A stretch of 64,000 nt of DNA from an uncultured Gemmatimonadaceae bacterium (lineage in GTDB: Bacteria > Gemmatimonadota > Gemmatimonadetes > Gemmatimonadales > Gemmatimonadaceae): the NCBI GenBank assembly GCA_963790305.1, contig CAWBOC010000009.1, positions 32,001 through 96,000 of the forward strand, given 5' to 3'. A program made the position numbers and the translations under genes. How positions within the stretch are numbered: the first letter of the stretch is position 1; every line of letters starts with the position of its first letter. The notes under the pieces are model-generated. The model worked only from the letters and a program-made list of their open reading frames with translations, searched no databases and was not told the DNA's origin. Positions 55,150 to 64,000 of the stretch are shown here, piece after piece.

Positions 55150-56034
55150 TTATCCGATGAGATGCCGTACCACGGCCTCGATCGCCGACGCATCGTAGAG
55201 CACGCGGCGGTGCCCCATGCCTCGCACGGCGTGGAGCGTCGCCCCGCGCCATGCACTCGCCAGCGCCTCCGCCTGCGAGAACGGCACCTGGCGGTCGGCG
55301 GGATCGTGCAGTATCAGCGCGCGTGCCTCGAGCGATCGCACGGCGTCGGCGCCGTCGATATCCTGAATGCCAACCCCCGCGCGGCGCCCGATGGCGGCGG
55401 CGAGACCCTCGCACCGGGCATCAGCGAAGCCGAGCAGATCGGCAAGTCGCCGCACGAACAGCCACGGCTCGGCGACGGGCGCGAGCAGTGCCGCCGCCGA
55501 CGCCGACAGGCCATCGCGAAGCGCGAGGACCGTCGCCGCTGCACCTAACGAATGCCCCACCACCGCGTCGGGCGTCCCGGTAGCGCGGGCGACCGCCGCC
55601 ACGGCGTCGGCCATCTCGATCAGTGTCGTGGTTCGACCGGTCGACCGTCCGTGAGCCGGCATGTCGAAGACCGTCACGCTTCGACCCCGCTGCGCGACCG
55701 CGTCCGCCATCGGCACCATGTCCCGACCGGTGCCTTCCCACCCGTGCGAGAAGAGCACGCGAGGGCCCTCACCCCAGGTCCACGTCACGACGCGCCTCGA
55801 CCCCGATGACACCAGCTGCTCGCGCGCGTGCGCAGGGACCGTTGGCACGTCGCGGTGCGTGAGCCGTCGCGGAAAGCAGAAGAGGAACGCGGCCTGGCGG
55901 TCGGCGGCGCGCGGCGCCACGCGCGCGAGGAGACCGAAGTAGGCGCGCATGAGGGAGATGTGAAGCGCGCCGATGCGAACGCTCGTGCTTTTTGTGCGGC
56001 GCGGTCCACGCGCGACGGCCGTCGACGTTTCCAT
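55150..56034 (-). CDS. Alpha/beta hydrolase
   Basis: HGWEG, DMPAHGRS, GHSLG, HDPADRQV, GMGHRR. Confidence 0.9.
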   Translation of the reverse strand: METSTAVARGPRRTKSTSVRIGALHISLMRAYFGLLARVAPRAADRQAAFLFCFPRRLTHRDVPTVPAHAREQLVSSGSRRVVTWTWGEGPRVLFSHGWEGTGRDMVPMADAVAQRGRSVTVFDMPAHGRSTGRTTTLIEMADAVAAVARATGTPDAVVGHSLGAAATVLALRDGLSASAAALLAPVAEPWLFVRRLADLLGFADARCEGLAAAIGRRAGVGIQDIDGADAVRSLEARALILHDPADRQVPFSQAEALASAWRGATLHAVRGMGHRRVLYDASAIEAVVRHLIG

Positions 56035-56037
56035 TGG

Positions 56038-56640
56038 TTAGCGGGCTTTGCGCGGACGGGCGCTGATGATCAGCGCCTCGAAGGCGTCGCGTGCACGACG
56101 TCCAGCCTCGGGGTCGCGCAGCAGACGCCGCGCGTGATGGTAGCCGAGGAGGATCGAGTGAAGCTGGAACGCGAACAGGTAGGGGTCGACGTCGCCGCGA
56201 AAATGACGCTCCTCGATCGCGATGCGCACCGCGCGCGCGAGCGTGTCGGTCCACAGCCGTTGGGCATCGACCAGCGCATCACGGGCGGCACCAGGCTGGT
56301 CGTCCAGCTCCACCGCAGCCGCCGTGAGGAGGCACCCGCCGGGGGCGGACTGGTGATCGGCCCAATCGATCCAGTGCGTGAACAACGCACGAAGGCGGGG
56401 CTCGCCACGGTCGGCGCGAAGCGCCGGGGTGAAGACGCTCTCTCGAAATTTCGCCGTCGCGAGCTCGAGCACGTCGAGCTGCAACCCTTCCTTGGATCCG
56501 AAGTGCGCGAACAGCCCGCTCTTCGACATCCCGTTCCGATCGGCGAGCCGTCCGATCGACAGGCCCGTCAGCCCTTCGGTGCTCGCGAGCTCGAGCGCCG
56601 ACTCCAGGATGCGTTCGCGCGTCGCTTCGCCTTTGCGCAT
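56038..56640 (-). CDS. TetR/AcrR-family regulator
   Basis: TRERIL...LSIGRLA...MSKSGLFAHFGSKE HTH; PGGC. Confidence 0.93.
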   Translation of the reverse strand: MRKGEATRERILESALELASTEGLTGLSIGRLADRNGMSKSGLFAHFGSKEGLQLDVLELATAKFRESVFTPALRADRGEPRLRALFTHWIDWADHQSAPGGCLLTAAAVELDDQPGAARDALVDAQRLWTDTLARAVRIAIEERHFRGDVDPYLFAFQLHSILLGYHHARRLLRDPEAGRRARDAFEALIISARPRKAR

Positions 56641-56645
56641 GGCGA

Positions 56646-56675
56646 ACGATGCGAACGATCGTGCTTTTCTGTCAA
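56646..56675 (-). promoter_or_regulatory. tetR promoter and probable operator
   Basis: TTGACA-18nt-CATCGT, 5 nt before the ATG; this sequence recurs 21/22 at 55971-55992. Confidence 0.6.
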
Positions 56676-56679
56676 GGGC

Positions 56680-57495
56680 TCATGCGCCCCACTGCCGCCC
56701 GTTCCCCGCACCACCCGCGACTTCGAGAGCGTGCGAGCTGGGGGCCTTGGACTCGTGCATGCCGAACTGGCGACGGAAGCGCTGCTGCACGACTTCGTAG
56801 CACTCGCAGGCCGCCGCTTCAAGTCCCGGGCGATTCTGGATGACGACGCGGCCATACAGGTAGCGAATGAGCTTCGCCCGCTGCAGCTCCCCGGCGGCGA
56901 CCGTCACGCTCGCCCGGCGGACGCCCAGCATCATGGCGAGGAACTGATGCGTGAGAGCAAACTCGTCGGCATGCGCGCGGTCGTGCGTCATGAGCAGCCA
57001 TCGCGCGCAGCGCTGGACCGTGGTGTGCCGCCGGTTGCACGCCACCGACTGCGCGGTCTGCTCGAGCAGGGTGTGGGAGTAGCGCAGGGTCAGCAGGCGG
57101 AGCGCGGCGTCGTCCTCGACGATCTCGCTGAATATTCTCGCGCTGATGCGAAGCGCCTCCCCCGGAATCTGCGCCAGCACCAGCATGGGGCTTCGCTCGG
57201 CGCCGAGCACGGTGCTCATGCCGAGGAGCCCTTCGTTCCCGACCGTGGCGGCTTCCACCGGCGCGCGCTGCTTGAGAACGACGAGCAGCGAGAGCACACA
57301 CCGTCGCGGAAAGTAGACGAAGTCGATGGGATCATCGACGTTCCACACGACGTGTTTCTTTGGGAGGTGAATGCTCTCGAGGTACGCCCGGATGCGGTAG
57401 TACGAGGACGCGGGCAGCATTCGGAGAAACCGATTCTCCTCGGTGTCCTGGTCGTACGCGAGAACGAGAGGAGCCGTGCGTGCGCCATTGGGCAT
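56680..57495 (-). CDS. Crp/Fnr-family transcriptional regulator (start uncertain)
   Basis: VYFP, VGNEG, ACNRRH..QRCARWLL, LTHQFLAMMLGVRRASVT, LEAAACECY. Confidence 0.9.
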   Translation of the reverse strand: MPNGARTAPLVLAYDQDTEENRFLRMLPASSYYRIRAYLESIHLPKKHVVWNVDDPIDFVYFPRRCVLSLLVVLKQRAPVEAATVGNEGLLGMSTVLGAERSPMLVLAQIPGEALRISARIFSEIVEDDAALRLLTLRYSHTLLEQTAQSVACNRRHTTVQRCARWLLMTHDRAHADEFALTHQFLAMMLGVRRASVTVAAGELQRAKLIRYLYGRVVIQNRPGLEAAACECYEVVQQRFRRQFGMHESKAPSSHALEVAGGAGNGRQWGA

Positions 57496-57673
57496 AGGAC
57501 TCAACTGCTCGATCTGGTGAACGAGATGCATCAGTGGCAGGGGCGCGCGGGCGTGCCGCCGAGTCCCAGCGACCGAGCGAACCGATATGGCTCCATGAGC
57601 CATTCGCCGCTATTTGCGGAAAGCGTACCACGGTCGCCGACAGGCGAACAATTGGTGGCACGAAGGGACGAAC

Positions 57674-57703
57674 AAAAAAAAGGCGCACCCCGCAGGGTGC
57701 GCC
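57674..57703 (-). terminator. Rho-independent terminator
   Basis: GGCGCACCC-TGCG-GGGTGCGCC followed by T8. Confidence 0.85.
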
Positions 57704-57722
57704 CACCGTACACTCGGCTGCC

Positions 57723-57950
57723 TTACGCGCCGGGGCTCTTGTAGATCTCCTCGAGCACCGCTTCATCGCTGCGTGCCTCGGCCGACGGCAGCTCGATGTA
57801 GACGACGTTGCCCGACGGCGGGGTGCAGGCCAGCCGCATGCGGCCGCGCAGGTCCGGATAATTCGAACCCCCGCTTGGCCGCCAGGCGAGGAAGCCAACC
57901 TTCCAGTTTTGGCCCCGCTCGTCTCGCACGACTCGGTCAATTTCCTTCAT
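57723..57950 (-). CDS. Hypothetical 75-aa protein
   Basis: GAGGA RBS, plausible composition, terminator directly downstream. Confidence 0.6.
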   Translation of the reverse strand: MKEIDRVVRDERGQNWKVGFLAWRPSGGSNYPDLRGRMRLACTPPSGNVVYIELPSAEARSDEAVLEEIYKSPGA

Positions 57951-58109
57951 GGCTTCCTCGCAAGCGCTCTAGTGGATGATGCCATTGCCCGCTTCTGCGG
58001 CATTCGTGCCTGGCGGAAGATAACCAAATCACCACCGCATCACCGGAGTTGTGTAGGGGCGGGGCGCTCGATAGGCAGCCACACCAAGCCCGCCCGAAAG
58101 CCCATTCGG

Positions 58110-58146
58110 AAAGACTCGAGCCAACCACCGAACAGTGATTGGCTCG
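58110..58146 (-). terminator. Hairpin downstream of the tRNA pair
   Basis: CGAGCCAATCAC..GTGGTTGGCTCG followed by AGTCTTT. Confidence 0.4.
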
Positions 58147-58152
58147 TTCGAA

Positions 58153-58226
58153 TAGCAGGGGCGGGACTCGAACCCGCGACCCCGGCATTATGAGTGCCGT
58201 GCTCTAACCAGCTGAGCTACCCTGCC
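58153..58226 (-). tRNA. tRNA-Met (CAT), probably elongator (Ile2 not excluded)
   Basis: GGCAGGGTAGCTCAGCTGGTTAGAGCACGGCACT-CAT-AATGCCG...TTCGAGTCCCGCCCCTGCTA. Confidence 0.9.
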
Positions 58227-58270
58227 AGAAACCTGAAACGGCCGGCCCTTTTAGGACCGGCCGTCTGCAA

Positions 58271-58344
<74 letters not shown>

Positions 58345-58355
58345 ATAGTGACCGA

Positions 58356-58384
58356 AAAGTAGTCCGTGCAGGGGGCTTGGTCAA
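58356..58384 (-). promoter_or_regulatory. Putative sigma70 promoter of the tRNA pair
   Basis: TTGACC-17nt-TACTTT, 11 nt before tRNA-fMet. Confidence 0.65.
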
Positions 58385-58385
58385 G

Positions 58386-58455
58386 GCGAATGCGAAAAGC
58401 GGAATGCGGAACCAGATGCAGTAAAAACCTTCCGCATTCCGCCTTCCGCATTCCG
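58386..58455. repeat. Heptamer-repeat hairpin (GAATGCG/CGCATTC)
   Basis: gcgaatgcgaaaagcggaatgcggaa...ttccgcattccgccttccgcattccg; same unit as inside ileS. Confidence 0.8.
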
Positions 58456-58457
58456 TC

Positions 58458-60836
<2,379 letters not shown>

Positions 60837-60837
<1 letters not shown>

Positions 60838-61775
60838 TATCGCGAAAAATGATCGTAGCCCGTGGGCGATGCAACGCGCTCGCCGCCGATCAACAGGTCG
60901 ACGCCGGCGTCACCCTGCTCCACCGTACCAATGCGCGTCAGCGGAAGCGCGAACTCGCGTTGAAAAGCGCCCGCGTCCAGCGGCGAGCGCGTCGTCACGA
61001 GCAGCTCGTACTCTTCGCCGCTCCGTTGGGCGATCGAGACGTCGGCGCCGGAAACTCGGGGGAGCGCGTCCGAATCGATCGAGATGCGGACGCCGCTCGC
61101 AGCGGCGAGATGCGCCGCATCGCCACCGAGGCCGTCGGAGATGTCGATTCCCGCCGTCGCGCCGGCGGACGCCAGCCACTGCGCCTCACGGATCCGCGGC
61201 ACCGGGCGAGCGAACCGCGCCCGCGCCTCCGGTGTCGGCTGGCGTCCCTCGCTCCAGGCGGCGATCGCGAGCGCAGGCCCGCCGAGCTGGCCGGTTATCC
61301 AGACAGAGTCTCCGGGCTGCGCACCGACGCGTCGCAGCGGCGTGGCAGCGCTCCCCACGACGGTCACGGTGATCGCGAGACGGTCGCCGCGCGTCAGGTC
61401 TCCACCCACGATCGGCGTACCCGCTGCCGACGCCGATTGGCCGATCCCCTCCGCCAACTCCCCCAGGTCGTCGAGCCAGCGATCGGACAGGGTGAGCGCG
61501 ATGAGGATGCCTAACGGCCGGGCCGCCATCGCCGCGAGGTCGCTCAGCCCCGCCGCGGTGGCGCGCCACCCAATCTCCTCCGGCGAGAGCCATTCGCGGC
61601 GAAAGTGCACGTCCTCGAGCGAAGCGTCGGTGCTCAGCACCAGCTGCTCGCCGCTGGGTACGGCAAGCACTGTGGCGTCGTCGCCGATCCCGCGCGCGCG
61701 ATCCCCCCACCGCGACATCATGACCCGAACGAGGTCGAACTCACGCCCGGGGCCGAGTGACGTCTCGTCGCTCAT
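60837..61775 (-). CDS. thiL: Thiamine-monophosphate kinase
   Basis: GIGDDA, LSDLAAM, VGGD, DISDGL, GEEYELL, GYDHF. Confidence 0.94.
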
Positions 61776-63358
61776 GGCGGCATCCCATCGGAGCGACGCC
61801 GGATGCGTACGAGCCCGTCGCGAGTACCGATCCAGGCCACGTCGCGCGCCAGCGCGACGCTCGTCGCAGCGGCCGGCAGGCCCATCCCGACCGAAAGCAC
61901 CGTTGAACGCCCACTGGCGCGATGAATCGCGAGTGCCCCTCCCTCGCCCACGAGCCAGAGGGTCTGGCCATCCATCGCCAGGCGCGCAATCCGACGGATC
62001 GCCGCCACGTTTACCGCGCGCGGAGGGAGCACACGCCGCGTGCTGAGGTCGATCTCGATCAGCTCCGTGTCCGTCGCGACGGCGAGCACGGTATCGGTCC
62101 GGGCAAGCGCGACAATCCCGCGCGACAGGCGAGCGTCATCGATCGCCAGACGGCGCGGTGCGCTGTCGGGCGAGGCAAGCGCCAGGACCCCCGCGCCCGA
62201 TGCGATCCAGAGGGTGTCGGTCCAGAGCGCGAGATCATTGACCGCTATTCGCGGCCCGATGCCGCGTGCCGAGCGCTCGACCAACGCGAGCCCGGCCGTT
62301 GTGCCAACCCAAGCGCCGCCGGTGTGAGGGGCGACGCTGGTGACGACGTCCGACGGGAGGCCATCGCCGAGGTCCCACCGGCTGACATCGTTGTCGTCCT
62401 CCAGGTTCATGCGCAGCAGCCCGCCTGTCGTCCCGATCCATGCACTTCGCTCGCGGATGGCAAGCGCGTTGACCCGAGCTCCCATGAGCGGCCGCGACGG
62501 AGGGCCGCTGAGCCAGCGCCACCGCTGGAGATCGTTGGACGCGAAGACGAGGCCCGCGCGTGTGACGGGCGAGCCGAGCCCGGCACACCAGACGCCGTCG
62601 GCGGCGAGCGCCACGGCTCCAACGCCGGGCTCCAACAGACCGAAGGGAAGATGCTCCGCCTGATTGAAGGTGGGATCGACACGAAACAGCCCATTCCCGC
62701 GCGTGCCTAACCAGACTTCACTGCGACCGGGCGCGAGGGTCGCGGCGCTGGCTTGCCACTGTTCAACATTGTCGTCGCGGGTGAGCAAGGGAAGGAACGT
62801 CTCGAGCGACGGATACTGGCGAAACACGTCCCGCCCAGTCGGCGAGTGGAGACGGTCCTCCGGCCCCGGCAAAGCGCCAACTGGTATCGCACCTCCAGTG
62901 CGCGAGATGCGGACGACCGAAGACGCCGGCGCGCACGTAGGCACCGGCGCTGAGATCGCGCCGATCGAAGAAGATCTCCTGCGGAGTTCCCGAGACCGTC
63001 GCCGTCACCGCATAGTCCAGTCGCGGGCGATAATAGATGACCCGCCCGGTCGCGCCCACCCATACGGCATCCTCGGTGGGATCGACGGCGAGCGCTGTAG
63101 GCGAGCGCCGAAAGGTGTCGTCCATCTCCATCGGCGGAAGCCAGGCGCGAAAGAGCGCGTCGTAAATGATGACCCCGCGCGTCGACGCCGCGAACACGAG
63201 GCGCTCGCTGGCGGTGACGTGCGTGATCTCGTTATGCGCGCCAATGGTGACCTGCTCTTCACGACGGGCCGTCGTGAGCGCGGAGCGTCCTTCGGTCGCC
63301 CGCACCGCCTGCGCATCCGGTCGAGCGCCACGAGACTCGCGAGAACCCAGGCCCTCAT
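61772..63358 (-). CDS. Beta-propeller-repeat protein, probable lipoprotein (frameshifted)
   Basis: Repeated W.GT..GL and GLPSDVV motifs; removing one base near 63322 gives the lipobox ALTG-C. Confidence 0.6.
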
Positions 63359-64000
63359 GATTCTGCGACCGCTGGAAGCTCCAGGATCGCTGGATAGGAG
63401 GGCGGTGGCGGCGAGAAGTTCCAGGCGAGCTCGAGGCCCTCGAGTACTCTCGACAACGGAACCCCTCGCGGTGCCCGCCCGCGCGTCGCAACCTCGCCCG
63501 CCCGGCCATGGACCCACGCGGCGCACGCACCGGCGGCGAGGGGATCTGGCATTCGCGAAAGCAGCGACGCGGTAATTCCCGCCAACAGGTCACCGCTACC
63601 CGCCGCCGCGAGCGCCGGCGTTCCCGTTGCGCTCACCATCGTTCGGCCACCGGGCGCGGTGATGATCGTCGGAACTCCCTTCAGCACAACGGTTGCGTGC
63701 GTCATGGCGGCGAGGCGCTCGGCTGCCTCGTACCGGTCGCGTGCGACCGTCGCGTTGTCCTGATCGAGCAGACGCGCAGCCTCGGCGAGATGCGGCGTCA
63801 CCACTGCAGGACGGCCCTTGCACAGGCTGCCTAACGTCTTGCCCTCACCGGCGAAGACGTTCAGACCGTCAGCATCGACCACCACCGGTCCGCGCCATTC
63901 CCGCAGCAGGTCACGCGCAAGGGCGTGCGTTTCATCGGTGGCGCCGAGCCCTGGTCCGAGCAGCACGACGTGCGCCCAGGATGTGAGCGTCGCGTGAGTC
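63355..64000 (-). CDS. nnr: NAD(P)H-hydrate dehydratase (YjeF C-terminal domain; 5' part outside window)
   Basis: GPGLG, VVDADGL, TPH..E, VLKG, LAAAGSGDLLAG, VHGRAG. Confidence 0.9.
   Translation of the reverse strand, partial: THATLTSWAHVVLLGPGLGATDETHALARDLLREWRGPVVVDADGLNVFAGEGKTLGSLCKGRPAVVTPHLAEAARLLDQDNATVARDRYEAAERLAAMTHATVVLKGVPTIITAPGGRTMVSATGTPALAAAGSGDLLAGITASLLSRMPDPLAAGACAAWVHGRAGEVATRGRAPRGVPLSRVLEGLELAWNFSPPPPSYPAILELPAVAES

Noticed and set aside
43235..58152. Accessory region beside tRNA-Met as a genomic island or prophage
   Set aside because: No integrase, transposase or phage genes, no visible duplicated tRNA 3' end, and similar composition to the flanks.

Overview
High-GC bacterial chromosome segment, mostly minus-strand; gene content and order suggest a Gemmatimonadota-like organism (inference). 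Many genes, including essential ones (ftsI, rsmH, ileS, cheA), are split by single-base indels, most likely long-read assembly errors, so I call them reconstructed CDSs. Layout: (1) 5' end of the dcw cluster (rsmH-ftsL-ftsI-murE-murF) and yegS; (2) a secreted TPR protein, tRNA-Val and a 56-aa membrane ORF; (3) a ~34 kb co-directional run: tilS-hpt-ftsH-folP-cdaA-DUF2723-yggS-divIVA-PNP-ileS-dksA-lspA-lspA-rluD, leading into a ~17.7 kb signalling cluster; (4) a mixed accessory region (lemA-htpX, tonB, GAF/PAS kinase, FAD/Rieske oxidoreductase, DUF72, GGDEF-EAL, TetR/hydrolase, Crp); (5) two tRNA-Met(CAT), ftsB, eno, plsC, thiL, a beta-propeller protein and nnr. The best candidate for an undescribed system is the signalling cluster. 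It is a receptor-less chemosensory pathway (cheW x3, cheY, cheA, cheC, cheR, cheD, cheB) wrapped around an MglA GTPase, three Roadblock/MglB proteins, two DUF4388-TPR proteins with MshEN-like c-di-GMP motifs, and a protein made of two tandem DnaA AAA+ modules with no DNA-binding domain. Other signals: a dispersed GTTAGG/CCTAAC motif apparently spelled with rare codons, tandem-repeat hairpins inserted in frame in proteins, an IleRS2 with a GIHH signature, and a probable TetR operator duplicated inside the next gene's coding sequence.
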